DNA of 63,947 bases, counting the filler, from Sluysia triapertura (lineage: Eukaryota): NCBI GenBank assembly GCA_046118255.1. It is 5 parts of 5 records of this genome, joined end to end, with 100 filler letters (N's around TTAATTAATTAA, not from the genome) between each part and the next. Parts side by side here need not be neighbours in the genome. Positions count along the whole stretch, not along the records: positions 38,926 to 53,198 come from JBJNIA010000787.1; 4 more parts are not named here. One strand, written 5' to 3'. Numbering within the stretch: the stretch's first letter is position 1; each line of letters begins with the position of its first letter. The notes under the pieces are model-generated. The model ran no database searches. It saw only the letters and a program-made list of their open reading frames with translations, and was not told where the DNA came from. Below are positions 39,459 to 53,298 of the stretch, piece by piece. The translations under genes and the position numbers were made by a program.

Positions 39459-40149
39459 AAAACTTCGTCTTTTTGACCGTCTTTATTCCGTACAAATTTC
39501 TAAATAAAAAGTCTGTCTGCTTTATTTGTTGTACCAGTCAATAATGTTTTTAACTTGCTTTTACTAATAAAGTTCGCAGTATCTTTTTAATTTTTGTTAA
39601 ATTTTTTTGCTTTACTTTTTCACCACTATTTTAATGACTGTCTGATTTTTGGCTTTAATCAATTTTTTCACTTTAATGGCCGTATGACACTTTATTTTTG
39701 TCTGACTTGCTAAAATTTTTTAATTAATTTTTGATTGCCTGATTACTGATTACTTTTTATCAATATGGCCGTCTAATTGGCTAACCAATAATAATGAAAC
39801 TTTTTCATTGTTCGTGTTGAATAAGTGTGTATGCATAGCAGTGCATTAGTAAAAACGTTTTGTAACTACATTTAATTACGTAATATGTTTATGTAATTAC
39901 ACTGATAAAAGTGCATTACGTAATGATGCTGATTAAATGGTGTTAATAAAGATGGCGGGCAGAATTCATACTAATAATAATAAAATTTGAAGTGATAATA
40001 ATGATAATAATAAATAAAAGAGGTAATAATAGTAATAATAATACATGATAATAAAGAGAATAATAATGATGATAATTACTTAAATAATAGTAATAATAAT
40101 GAAGGAAATGACGATGATGATAAGAATGATGGAAATAATGATAATGCAT

Positions 40150-40790
40150 AAATCTTTCTGTATTTACATAATCTTTCTATTCTTGAATTGCTTGTTCTAA
40201 CATATTTAGTACTATAAGATGGAGATGAAGATGATGTGATGAGAGGGATGGAAGTGTAGAGTGAAATGAATGTTGTTGAAAGGTTTAAGCTGAGGATGTT
40301 TGTTAAAAAGGATTAGAGTTGATTAAGTTTTTAGTAGTTATTGCGAAATAATTTTGTATATGTGTTTTTAGAATGATTAAAGATGATGGGTATGATTGTC
40401 TGAAGTGGATCTTGAATGTTATTATTGCTTATTGTTTTAGGTGTGATGATCTTTGTTTCTGAGATGGTTATAAGTATGATTTGAAAGTTCTTGTGTTTAT
40501 GATTTAAGGGGTTTATGTGATGGTTGTGAGTTGGTTGGTGAAGTGTTTGATGAATTGATGTTGTGGGTTTGATAAGGTGTTTAGTGCGTGAGTGTTTTGA
40601 GTTGTTAGGATGAAAGTGTGAGTTTATTGAGTTGGAAATGTTTAGATATGAATTAATTTATTGCGAAATGTAGTTTGGTGAAGTGTTAAGATTGTATCTT
40701 ATTGTTTTATAAAATGATTTGAATGATGTTTTATGTTTGAAGGGTGTGATGAGTGGTGTTATTTTGAGTGAAGAATTTTTATTTTTATTA
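40150..40790 (-). mobile_element. decayed LINE ORF2 fragment
   Basis: Extreme G/T bias on the + strand; ITISETK..KTI resembles the pre-RT P(I/F)T..EI..I motif. Confidence 0.4.
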
Positions 40791-41306
40791 TTAAGTTAAG
40801 GGGTTGGCCACTACAATGAGGAATTCAAAAAACAAATCATTACTAAATGAAATGCTAGATAAACGCTGAAAAAGAAACTAAAACAATACATGAAAGTCAA
40901 CTTCGAAGAATCGACAAACGATTATCAGAATTGAAATTAAGAAGTGAACGAATTATTAATTTAAAAAATCATCTTGATATTACTAAAAAAAGAATCAGAT
41001 CATGAAAGAGAGACAAATAGAAAATTAAAGTCGCAGAAACAATTTTCAGAAGTAGATGAAATTAAATTTCAAGGAATAGAACTAGACTATCAGAAGATGA
41101 TTTAAATTTTAGAACAAGAATTAAACACCGTCATATCTGCAACTAGAGAAGACAATACAATTTTAGAAATGGAAATAGAATCATTGCAAATCGTAGTAGA
41201 ACGAATTGTCAATTGACGAACCCCATGAATTATTAAATCATATCTATACATCTTTTGTACCAAATTCTGAATCGAATGATATTCGTAAAAAATTATCGAA
41301 AATTTA

Positions 41307-41747
41307 ATGAACAATTTTCAAACTGTCAAGATGGCTCATACTATAATACATAGTTCACAGAAGTTCGTCTTACTCAGACTAATAATAGTGACACGAGTAA
41401 CAAAAATATCAGAAGATAATTTTAGTAACATTTATAATCTTACTGCAGATTTTAAAATTAGTACCCATTTTGAAATCCAACGATTAATGCTACACAGTAT
41501 CAACAACAACTATCCGAATTGTATTAATAATGCTACTCATTTGGATAACTCAAGTCTAAACTTGTCGACGCAACGTCAATGCTCCAACGAATTACTCTGG
41601 TGCAAGATGTTAATATGTAAATTTATAGCTGAAGAGTTTGCAGAATTTCTTATCAACAATATTCTCAATATCGAAACTATTTGGTTTATAAAGTTATCAG
41701 CCGGATCGGTGAAGCACAACAGAAGATGCTATGGAACAAGGGGTTAG
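41307..41747 (+). mobile_element. Ty3/Gypsy integrase relic
   Basis: QTVKM, LTADF..F, and FIAEEFAEFLINN occur in the order and approximate spacing of Gypsy integrase motifs (GIVKM, LH.DFAGPF, QF.SEEF.EFL..N). Confidence 0.5.
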
Positions 41748-43169
41748 AAGAAGAAACAGAAACAAAAGACGAAATATTGAATACAATTATAACTTTTTTA
41801 CTGTCCAAATATATAATAGTCAATGTTTTAATCTTAAAATTTCATATTTACATTTTAAAAGTTTTTTTATTCTTCCCAAACAATTATGTATGGATCATTT
41901 GTTTATTAGAACTAACCAAAATAAAAGATGATAAAAATTTTAATAATTTTAAAGTTAATTTTATTAAATTCTTATTTAAAAACAAAAGCTTATGACTCGT
42001 TGAAGGAAATTAAAAAAAAGATCACACGATGCTCGGATAACAAAGAAGGCATGTTGATAGGTTCTAGTGGAAGTTTAAGCATCCTTTATTTTAAGCCTAA
42101 TATTGAAATAGCTTATATCCTAAATTCACCCTTGAAATTTGCTCAATATAAATGTAGTAGGGAACATGTTGTTTTTAACCAAGCTAAAAAATACAATAAT
42201 GTCATCAAAGTACAAGAGTAAAGATGAATGCAAACGCCCTAAAATCTTAAAGTGAACTTTTATTATATAAGTTCACTCACCACATTTTTTATAATCCTTA
42301 CAATATTATATTTCTATTTACATTTATATCACCTCATCTTGCACCTGATTGTATATCTTTAAGCATGCTAAACCCTTGTTATTACACTAAGCATTTTATT
42401 CTTGCTAATATATCTATTCATTTTTACATTAATTTATATAATAATAACAATAATATATGGAATAGAGAAATAATCACAGAATGAAAGAAAAATGAATGTA
42501 TTCAATAGTTGTAAAATCAAGCACAACGTAAATTGTTACATCTCATTCTTCATTTTATTATTCTTCAACCATAACTATCATCACTTTTATTAGCGCTAAC
42601 GCCTAAAAAAATAAATATTTAAAAATTATTTTTATTTTATCAGTTTATTTATAGTATCTACTATAAATAAATTATACATATTATTTTATTACCAATCCTG
42701 AAAAAAATAATGATCATCATAAAAATCATAATCAATTTTTTAAAAGATATTAAGATGTTTTGTTTAAAAAATTGTTGTTTTAATAAAATTTGAAACTCAA
42801 GTCTATATTTAAATTGTACGAATTAATATAACAAAAATGTTTTCGTTAAATGTTAAATTATGAATAGATGTAATCCTAAAGAGAATTTTATTTTAAAAAG
42901 TGATTATTGTAATATTTAAAAATAATACTAAAAGACAATTTTAGGACTATATTTAATGAATCACACTTATTTGAAAATCTTACGTTAGAATTAAGTTCAC
43001 TTTGAATGTAAATATTAGTTACACAAAAAATTACCTATCTTATATCTTTTTAAAAATTAAATAAATTCTAAAAATTAAAATAAAAGTCGACAACGGATAT
43101 ATTGAATAAGTTATAAAACGAATCCTTCAAAAGAGTGATTACTAAAGATCAGAGAAATCCTATAGTTAA

Positions 43170-43799
43170 ACAGAACTACTTCTTGCTTAACATCGACATG
43201 GTTCTCGTCATCTTCTGCGGCCAAATAATATTGTAAAGGATTGCAACATAAATCATTTGTTTTCATTTCATCAAATTAGAAAAATTAGTTGTATATCATC
43301 GCATGTAACTAATATGAGCATAACCGGATCCTTTGCTATGTGAACCAACTTTATTAACTGACTCTTTCATGATTTTAACATAATTTTTTCCTTCTTTCCA
43401 TTCCACTGTACTGTGAATTGCTTTAATTTCTGACTCAAAAACATGTATAGATTCAGTATTATTAAATACTCATTTAACAAATGTTAAATCTGCTTTAATA
43501 TCATCAAATTCATCGACATTGAGACCAACTAAAGGTTGTAATAAATACTCATGGTGTTGAGTAATTAACGTCATCAAATGAAGATTACTAAGAGTATTGA
43601 TCCATAAACTTGGAGTAGATTTTATTAAGTTTGCACGTTGGTAAAATATTATTTGTCTTTTTAAGATATATTTCTTCTGAACTTCTGGTATTTCTTCACT
43701 AGCTTGTTCGTTTATTTCATCAAGTTTTACTAATAAAGTATTGAACATTCGATCCTTATCAACTGTGGTGTCACACCTATCATTAATAATTTTGTCATC
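43170..43799 (-). pseudogene. SET: SET/TAF-I (NAP-family histone chaperone) pseudogene
   Basis: LDEINEQASEEI.EVQKKY..RQ..FYQRANLI..P.LW..VDEFDDIK, VEWKEGKN, NDL..NPLQYYL plus acidic residues. Two in-frame TGA (one at the conserved Trp) and a frameshift. Confidence 0.82.
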
Positions 43800-44229
43800 C
43801 TTAACATTTATAAAAATTCATACTCAACCTATTCACTTCAATGTTATGTCCTACATTAACATAAACTACAAATAATGCTCTCCAAACTCTAAACCTCATA
43901 CTAAAATCATTTATATCAATATCATAGTTCCCTTCCCTCTGATTGTCATCCACACCATAATTATCATCACTTTCAGTGTTATTTTTACTATTTTATTATT
44001 TTCATTATTTTTATAATTTCTACCATTTTTATTGTTTTTATTACTTTATTATTTTTATTAATTTTTAAGGTTTAAAAGAATTTTAGAAATGACTTTTGTT
44101 TAAAAATATGTTATTTCTAATAGCTGGTGTGATTCAAAAAATTAACATTATTAAAGGATTAATTGTTGTAAGAGAAATATTTTTATCCGCTATTAGTATA
44201 AAAAACATCATATGAATACAAATGCAAAT

Positions 44230-44520
44230 AAGGTGTCTATCTTTATAGCCGCTTTAAGCGACAAATTTATGGACCTCAAGTTGAAAGTATCCGAAATATT
44301 GCATTTTAAAAAGAAATAAAGCAGATGCTTCTGATGATGATGAGACGTTACATAATACTGATGTAATTAAGATAGACACGGTAAATCATGGATATGTATC
44401 ATTTTTAAATCTTTGACTGATGATGAAATTAGAACACCAGAAATGAAAACCAGTCTTGGAGATGCAGGACTCTATGTTGGTATCGAATGAGATTTTATAA
44501 CAATTCATGTTCGTTCCAAA
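44230..44520 (+). pseudogene. eIF5A-like relic
   Basis: TLHNTDV (cf. STHNMDV), HGYVSFL, DEIR..MKTSLGDAG and ITIHVRS in eIF5A order. Hypusine motif absent; frameshifted. Confidence 0.4.
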
Positions 44521-46074
44521 TTGTCTCATAAACAACAGAGACTCCAAAGTGTTTGCGTTCTTGCAGTTTCTGTTTCAGCCGATGCTTTCATCATGCCTCC
44601 AGATGGTTCTAAATATATCATCACAAAGGTTGTTAGTCAGGTTGCACTTGTTGGCTACTTCCGGCGGAAGTTACTGATACAGTTTGGAAGCTTCTCTAAT
44701 CATGTTTCTGTAAATATATCAGTTGCCGACCTTCCTAATGGTATTTATACTCGTGATTTGAATTTTAAAAAGCTAATTATTTTAAATTACGTAAAGACAT
44801 TGATTGTGTCTATTCGTAACAAATATTTTAAAATTAAGTTTTTGGCTAAATATATTATCTCAATTTATTTTATCGTACTTCTTGTACTTCATATAAACGC
44901 AATACCAAATAACCTGCCTTTTAAAAGGTTATGCAGTCGTAGTAGTTACCCGCTGCAACAAGAATACGGTTTAGACTGGACTAAGTTTAAAAATTTTGAT
45001 CCGTGCGTGTGTTGCAATATACGTGAACATGCTGTAATTGAAGATTTGCAGTGTTTCTCGTTATCATATGTTCGTAATTTTTTTGTACGTTTTATGTTTT
45101 ATAATTTTTTTTACCGATTATGAAATAGATAAACGAAGTTTTTATTTTGTCTGGTGCCTTTTACCTATCGAATTAATTCTTGGTCTTAAGCCTAATTTTT
45201 ATTTCGAGTTTAAAACATTTTGTACGGACCCTAAGTCCAAGTTTTACAAACTAATTCTAATTAATTTAATTGAATCCTCTTGTAAATCATTTTTACTTTA
45301 TTGCCACAAACAATTTAAATGCAGACCTTTTACCCCAAATTTCTCAATTCAACTACACTCCGACCATTACACTCCGTCGTTACTTTCATTTATTGATAAT
45401 AGGGCTGGGTCTTTGAAGGTTTTTCTCCTGCACCGGTACACCGGTCTGTGCACATGACTAATTTTATTATAAATATTAGCATCTTTAGAAGATATTCATT
45501 ATTCTAACAATCCAGTCTTGTTAAATGAGTTTAAATTATGATATCAATATTATTTAAAAATCAATGGTAAATATATTTTTTGTTTTTTAATCTTTTTCTA
45601 TGTTATTTACGAAATATCATTAACCTTCAGAGATTTATTCTAATAATTTTTTTGTAAAAATGCGTTAAGGTTATTTTATTAATGGATATAAGGATTCTGG
45701 TTTAACGATTTAAAATAAATTATTATGATAATGCCAACTTAAGTAGACATTCAATGCAACTATTCCTGGTCGAAATCATTCATGATGATGAAATAAGCGC
45801 TTATTCAATCAAAGAAGTTAATGTAAAAAGTAATAAATCATTTTACGTAATGAAATACATTTTCATTAATATTGTTTTAAGGAGTGATACATCTTATACC
45901 TGAAAGGATGAAAATTTCATTATTTTTATTCACTGCGATTTACAAAATAATAGTTCAAAATACATAGTTAACAAGATGAAACATGTAAGAAGCATAAAAG
46001 GTTTTACAAGGGTTTCTAATTAAAACGATTAACAATTTTTATAAATAGTGATATAATTGCTAACGTAGCAGTTT

Positions 46075-46620
46075 ATCAATCATTAGAATGCAAGAAAGGT
46101 AGCATTTCTACTGTTTTTGGTTTCAAACAACTATATGAAGCGGTTGCGATGTTTCCAGCTGCAGAAATTCTTTCTGATGGGACACTACCAGCAGGAATTG
46201 ACAATATTCACATACATATTGTGACATTAAAGGGAATCGAAATTCATTACCACCAAACAAGGGGATCAAAATTGGAAGTTATAGGTTCAAACATGTATCG
46301 TGAAAGTTGATCTTCACAACTCTCAGTCAAGTCCTGTGAATGTGGTGTATCAGCAACTAGGGGGCACAATTTCAACATTAATGCATTCATTGATGTTATT
46401 CGCGCACGTTTGATGTTTGATGATGTGGTGGCTGTTATTTGTTCCTTATTTTGTTCCATATCAACTACGTGTGATTTACTTTGAATACTGGTTCCTTTAT
46501 GTTGATGTTTGAAAATTTTTTTGAATCGAAGATCCAACAAAATAGAGAATGCTAAAAGAGTATGAAGCAGGTCGTCAATTGGAAAACGCTGCTTTAATTC
46601 TTAAACAATAATACAGCATA
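46075..46620 (-). mobile_element. hAT transposase C-terminal relic
   Basis: LLDLRFK, DPLVWW, RFPLMS, SIPAGSVPSERISAAG, CLKPKTVEML.FLHSN (dimerisation domain). A further piece EELILILKPFNLAVEAIC lies near 48460-48520. Confidence 0.85.
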
Positions 46621-47469
46621 TCGAATTTGCGCCTTCGTGTAGTATAGTGTCACAGCCGTAGACCTCATTTTTGTTGTTACACATACCCATTAATACACAT
46701 AAACATAAACATTAACATAACTCACTTCAATCTCATTCATAAACATTTCATCCATCACATAACTTCACCAATTTCACTCAAGTTACAAAATTCAGAATAA
46801 CTAAATCATTAATATATGAAATCACAGTAATCTACAAATTATATTAATTATAAATGAATCATACCAATTTTTGTTGATATCGACTCCTTTCTCCACATTA
46901 GCAGCACGCCTGAAATTTTAATTTATTATACAGATGTATATATTTAAAAATGAAGGTAGAACCCTTGTAAAACCTTTTATGCTTCTTTCATGTTTCATCT
47001 TGTTAACTATGTATAGTAAAACAGCTATCCTACGAATATTAACTGGAAACTCAACATTCACGGTACATCTTAAAATGATAAGTCAAGCATATTCAGCGAA
47101 GTTGCAATTAATTAGTTGTGGTGCATGTAAAGGAAATTATTTTGTCCTCCAAGTTTATCATCCTTACATGTTAATTAAAACCTATGTATTTTCTTAAAAT
47201 TACGAGTATATCATTAAATAATTCAATACAAATTTCTGTTACTTTATGTATAAGATCAGAACCTTTGACATACGTATCAAATATATCAAATTAATTGGAT
47301 TAATTGGAATCAAAATCACTTTTTAATTGGAATCAACGCTTTTACCAGATAAAGCGTTGCTACCTTTTAAAAACTATTTTTGAAGCCTATTCCACGAAGA
47401 AATGATCTGCAGCATGTTATGCTTTATTTTTATAAAAGTCTCAATAGAATTACAGAAGGTAGTAAATTT

Positions 47470-48290
47470 TGTTGAGACGTTTCGAAACCACTTGGTCTCC
47501 TTCGAATAATGTCGTTGATGGACGGTATAAATTGTCATTTTTCAGATTTTGAAGTTTTATTATTGTCATGTAATTTTTTGTGCGATTTTCACAATTTCTG
47601 TTTGTATTTATATTTATTGAAATTTCAAATTTTGTTAATTATTAAAAAATTTTCTGCTATTTTATCGATTGCACTTGTTAATTATTACAAATTCACGTTA
47701 AATGAAAGTGTTCTATGGAATACGTAGTGTTAGTAGTCTTTCTAGAGAGCCCAATAGACTCCTAGTTAATCATCTTAAATTTAAAAGTTTGTGGTATGAA
47801 AATCAAGAGATTAATTGATTTTTTCTTTTTCTACTAGAATTTCTGCATCTATAAATGATTCAGTAAACTTGTCCGGTTTTAATTTGCTCACTGATATGGA
47901 AACCTAGTAGTAATATTTGTGTGGTTTTCGACAAAGTCAATCATATGTTAACTCAAATTTTCAATTTTGCATTGTGCCTTGCAAAGTGTATGTCACACCG
48001 TTTATCTAGCTACTACACAACCTGTGGTTCGTATGGGTCGCATGTAGCTCCGATGGATCGTATGTATGGATTCCAGCTTGATGTTTTTATTAATTACTTT
48101 CGTGGATTACAACAGTTGTTAAAATTTACCAAATGTGTGATTAGTCTTAGTTATTTTTATGCTAACTTTTGTGTTCATAGTTTAATACATGACATGTTAA
48201 ATTATTTGGCTTTTTCTCGCATGACTATAAGTATTATTTCAAATTGTTTAATAATTGTTTACAAATTGTTTATAATTTTTTTACTAATTT
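47470..48290 (-). mobile_element. Penelope-like element relic with degenerate hammerhead motif
   Basis: LIFIPQTFKFKMIN*E resembles the PLE GIY-YIG C-terminus (WI..LQT..P.G.N). Downstream tcgaagg-agacca-ag-tggttt-c-GAAA-cg-TC resembles a minimal type I hammerhead with a mutated CUGANGA box. Confidence 0.4.
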
Positions 48291-50159
48291 CCACACTAAT
48301 TAATACAATATAGGACCTTAAGTCCGATCCTTTTTTAAATTAAACATTTGTACCCTTTCGGGTTTTTATAATTTAATTACATAACCAAATTAAACGCCCT
48401 ACGCCAGTGTAAGTAGCAAATGTTTCAGTATTTGTATAAGTTACATAACACATGGAATACAAATAGCTTCAACTGCAAGATTAAACGGCTTGAGTATCAG
48501 AATTAACTCCTCTCATAATCCCATTCCGTGTTTAATAGATCAAGAGATAACAATATGGTTCGTTTATCAGCATGTAAAGAAGCAGATACGTTTTATAGAA
48601 TAGTCACAATATTATTTGTAACCATAATTCTACAAATACATCTAATAATATTTTTTCGAAATTCATATAAAATCTTTACAACTAAAAATTTATAATTTAA
48701 AATCGCTACCACTAGGAAAAATTGCAATATATATTTGGAATGTACTCTCCAAATGTTAACCTTCCATGCACCACATGGAAACAATTACACAACCCATAAA
48801 CAACAAGTCATTACCCGAGACCACACGTCACAATGTGAGTTATAGTTATCAAGGCGACTCCTTAATATTAATGGAATTGCTATAAACCTGAATGAGAAAT
48901 TATAAAATGACTATGCCTATGTCATCGTCCCAAATATGAGTCGTTGGTCTGTTAGAAAAATTGGTCAAATATGAGCCATGTGCTAGCGAACGAGAAAATT
49001 TCTATTTCAGAAATATTATAATGAAGCCATTAAGTATTTTTATAGAAGATAGTAGCGCCACATGCATTAATGTATTTTTTGAAAAGCCGAGTCGAGTTTT
49101 ATTTTACTTGAATTATTTTGTGGTTTATTTTTGATAGTTTTAATTAAAATATTTATTAAGCGATTAAATCAAAAGTGATCAAATTAATAAACAAATTCCC
49201 ATTGCGTGTAACTCTTGTTGCTATATAATAATGCAATTTTATTTTTTGACATGTCAAATAAAAATATTTGTAATTTTAGATTAAAATGTCTTAGGATCAA
49301 ATAGACTTGAAATTCTGTGTCAATGCTAATTATTTTAAGTTATTATTTTATATTTCAAGTTAATTTCAATTTTTGATTGAATTTTCGAAAGAATTTATAA
49401 AGATTTAGAATTTTATAAAGATATAAATTAAAACAAATTAAAATTGACATAATAAATTGAGTTTTAAAGTTATATAATCACAGTATTAATATTAGTATTA
49501 GTATTAATATTAATATTAACATTCTAACAACCTTTTGTTTAATATTGGCATTGATTCTTTTGAGTTCGTTCTGGCGTTTTACAATATTAATTTTGTTATT
49601 TTCTTTATCTAGATATGACAATTTTGATTCATCAATCACGTTTGTAACTTCCTAAAATGAAATTTACAATTTAATATGCAAATCGACAATTATTTTTAAC
49701 ACCTTACTTATTATTTTATCAAAGTTTTCATTTCAAGCAATATTGGTAAGAGGTGAAAAACTTATTGCAAACACTAATTTCACACATAATTGCAGAAATG
49801 AAAGAAAGTATCCATTGGATGTTACCGAAAGCGATTTAAATATTTGAATAATATAACATTTAATTTATCAAGATCTGAATAAAATTAACAAAAACTTAGG
49901 ACGAAATTAAACAAAATGTAAGCACAATTTGTGAAAGTAAATTTACAAATATTACGAAACCATTTTTTTCAATACATCTTTTAGTATGAAATTTAATTTT
50001 GAAAATATTTGTTTTACTGAACAAATATATTTCCATAGATATTTTCAAATTTATTACTTTTGCCTTTTTAATACTTTTATACATTTTTTGTGTTAATTCA
50101 GTTTGTCTTATTAAATAGAGAGTCGGTCTTATTCTTTGTGATAACCATTGAGTTGTGTT

Positions 50160-50450
50160 CATGGCAATGTCTTCAACAGAACAATGCAAAGCCGCATTCC
50201 TCCAGTAAGATAAGCAACAAGATTGAAGAATTGGATGGTGAGGAAGTTCTACCGCACCAAGCCTATAATCCAAATGTTGTTCCATCTGCTCAGTCACTTC
50301 TAATCAATGCAGCATTAGTCAATGGATGAAGTTAAAGAAACTTATCAAGAATTTTTCGATTCAAAGTTAAAGGAGTGTTACTTTGATCAAATCTGAAAAC
50401 TTGCAGATAATGGCAGGTTTTTATTGTGAAAAACAGTTTTTGAATAAATT
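50160..50450 (+). mobile_element. mariner transposase C-terminal relic
   Basis: QQNNAKPH..KIEELDG.EVLPHQAYNPNVVPS (cf. HDNARPH..EVLPHPPYSPDLAPS). Confidence 0.8.
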
Positions 50451-50539
50451 TTTAAAAACCATTATTTTAATACACTGCAGAAAATTTTTCCTCAACCTAA
50501 TATAACATTTTTATTTTTTCTTTATTGTCTTTCATTATT

Positions 50540-51250
50540 ATTTCAAAATGATTCATAGATTTAAGTGCGTTCAGACTGCAGAGAATACATGTGAAGCCTT
50601 CAGAGATTAAAGTGTAGGAGAAAGAACAACCAAAAACAGGTTCCAGAAACTTCGAGCCAGGAATAAATATTTTTATTATGTTCTATATTCAAGATCATTT
50701 TTGAAAAATGATGATTTTTTATTACCTTTATTTTAGTTAGATTAATATCAAAATTGTGAAGAATTCTCAAATATTTATGAGTACCTCATAACTTAAGTTA
50801 AAATCAAAAATCTTCTATAAAAATATGAATCATATGATCTTTTGAATAATGCTTTAAAGTGTGATGAAAAGTAGGTTCGTTATGACAAGCGATATAAATA
50901 TTGGTTATGACAAAACCTTTCATCTATTCTAAAACAGAATTCATTATAAAATTGTGCATTGCGCGTAATGGACTTAAAGATATTTTAAATTAAGATTAGT
51001 CTATGAATCTTAAAAAGAATCAACTAAAATAGAATTAACTAAAATAGATTGTTTAAGACGAAAATCAGTTTGAAAAACAGTGGATTTGGATTAGTCCAAC
51101 AGATCATCATTTATTTTTGTCATTAGAAAATCACATTGACAGAACATGTAAGAAACTAAGAAATCTCAAATGCGAAATTGAATAGTTTCTAGGATCTAAG
51201 AGAGCAGAGATTTATGAAGTGAGTATACGAAAGTTAATTAATTAATGCTT
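50540..51250 (+). mobile_element. second mariner relic
   Basis: HTH remnant ENTCEAF..SVGERT..RFQKLR, catalytic CDEK*VRYD, and SPTDHHLFLSLENH. Confidence 0.7.
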
Positions 51251-52095
51251 ATTCCAACAATTCCTAAATGGCTCATTTAATTTGGATGAGATCGTAACAT
51301 ATTCCATTAATTTTCAATAAAAATATAACAAAATCGTAGTTACTCATTATTAATTAAACAAACTATGACACTATTTTACAAAAAACACTTTAAATAATAA
51401 AATAATTAAAACAAGTGAAATGAATTGTTAATTTTATAGATATAACTTAAATAAGATTGTACAATTAAGAGTAAACGTTTAAAAAAGCATTTTAAATTTT
51501 TATAAAATATAAATTCAATAAAATAATAAAATCAATCTTATTAATCAGTATAAATTGTTATATTTTAAAGACAATCATTATAGATTCTTCATTATTTCAT
51601 TATAACACAACTGTTATATATACGCAATATTGAATATAAATAAATTGTTTCGGGTCCAAATTACAAAACATTCAAAATACGTAATTGAATAAATAAATAA
51701 TGTATTAATTTCTTTGGCACTAATATCAACTATAAATGCAGTACTCAAAAGCAATTAGAATGCATCATTCACAATATTTCTGACGTAGAAATAACTTTGT
51801 ATTCTTAAATATTTCACAATCTTCCTGTGATTCAACACTTTCAGTAGCTACTTATATATTTTTAAAACAAACGATATATAACCTATCATTTATCTTAATA
51901 TTGTGCATTATAAATTGTTATATTTCCGAGACATTTACTTTGGTTTCAGCATTTTTACACATCAAAGAGATAAGGACATTCGTAACATAAATATTTATAG
52001 ATTACTATCACGATTTTAAATTCTACTCTTGATTTTATTGGTAACCAGCGGCATTCTTTAACACATTATGTGATACTCAATATACAATATATATA

Positions 52096-53198
52096 CAGTG
52101 GTACCTCGGCTTACGAACTTAATCCGTTCCAAGATTGTGTTCGTAAACCGAAATGTTCGTTAACCGGAGCATCATTTGCAATAGAAATTGTATGGAATTG
52201 CAATTAATTCGTTCCAATATATAATTTTTTGTTCGTAAACCGATTTTTTTAAACTTTAGCGTTCGTAAACCGAAGTTTTGCTATAAATTATTTTTAATTC
52301 AGTGTGTAAAGAGTATCGTAATGTTATATATTTTTATAATTCATAGGTTTTGAAAAGAAACAGTTTTATTCAGGTCAAAACAATTTACTGCTGGAAAGGG
52401 TACTTTTCTTCAACATTAATTTCATCAGTGGTTTTTCTTTGATTTTTGGTTTCTTTTTCTTCTGAGATTTTCGTCAAAAATGTATCGAGAATAGTCTGTA
52501 TTTTTCTTTTTTTAGAGTCTCTTGAAAATATGATATTGCATTATTATTCATAATATTGCAATATTAATATTCATATTCATAATATTAATTGCTCGGTTTA
52601 CATCAAATTTTTGGGTGATACTTTTCAACGAATTTAAGTACTTCGGTCCACTTGTGATATATTCTTCTTGTTCAGCCTCAAATAACATATCCTTTTTAAA
52701 CACACCTTGATTCTCACACAAAAGCATTTGAAGGTCTTCTGTGGTATAATTTTCGTCTGAGTCGAATACTATCTTCTCTACATCAACATTGTTTACTTCT
52801 AAACCCATGTTTTGGGCCATTGACACGATATCTTTTACTGCATCAACTTCAGACATGACTTCATAAGGGCCAAACACATATTTCTATCAATCAATCCGGC
52901 CAAAGTTTTCCCCACGTCTTCTTCAACGTACGACAAGTAACACCAATCCATCCTTTATTAATAAAATTTATGAATTGAAGAATATTAAAATGTTCCTTCC
53001 AAAATTCTCTTAGAGTTAGGTCAGTATCATTGGTAATTTCAAAACATTTTGAAAATAATTCTTTCATGTACAATTTTTTTAAAATTTGCAATAACTTCTT
53101 GATCCATAGGCTGAATCAAAGGTTGTATTAGGTGGGAGATACATGACTTTTATGAAGTTAAGTTCATCAATCAAATCAACTTCAATATTACAAGGATG
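52096..53198 (-). mobile_element. Tigger/pogo element 3' half (truncated by contig end)
   Basis: TA-CAGTGGTACCTCGGCTTACGAAC TIR with repeated ttcgtaaaccg subterminal motifs. Transposase YLPPNT/LIQPMDQEVIANF/KKLY..LTLREFWKEHFNI..WGKLWPD, frameshifted. Confidence 0.9.
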
Positions 53199-53298
53199 NN
53201 NNNNNNNNNNNNNNNNNNNNNNNNNNNNNNNNNNNNNNNNNNTTAATTAATTAANNNNNNNNNNNNNNNNNNNNNNNNNNNNNNNNNNNNNNNNNNNN
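53199..53298. other. artificial contig-join spacer
   Basis: N44-TTAATTAATTAA-N44. Confidence 0.98.
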
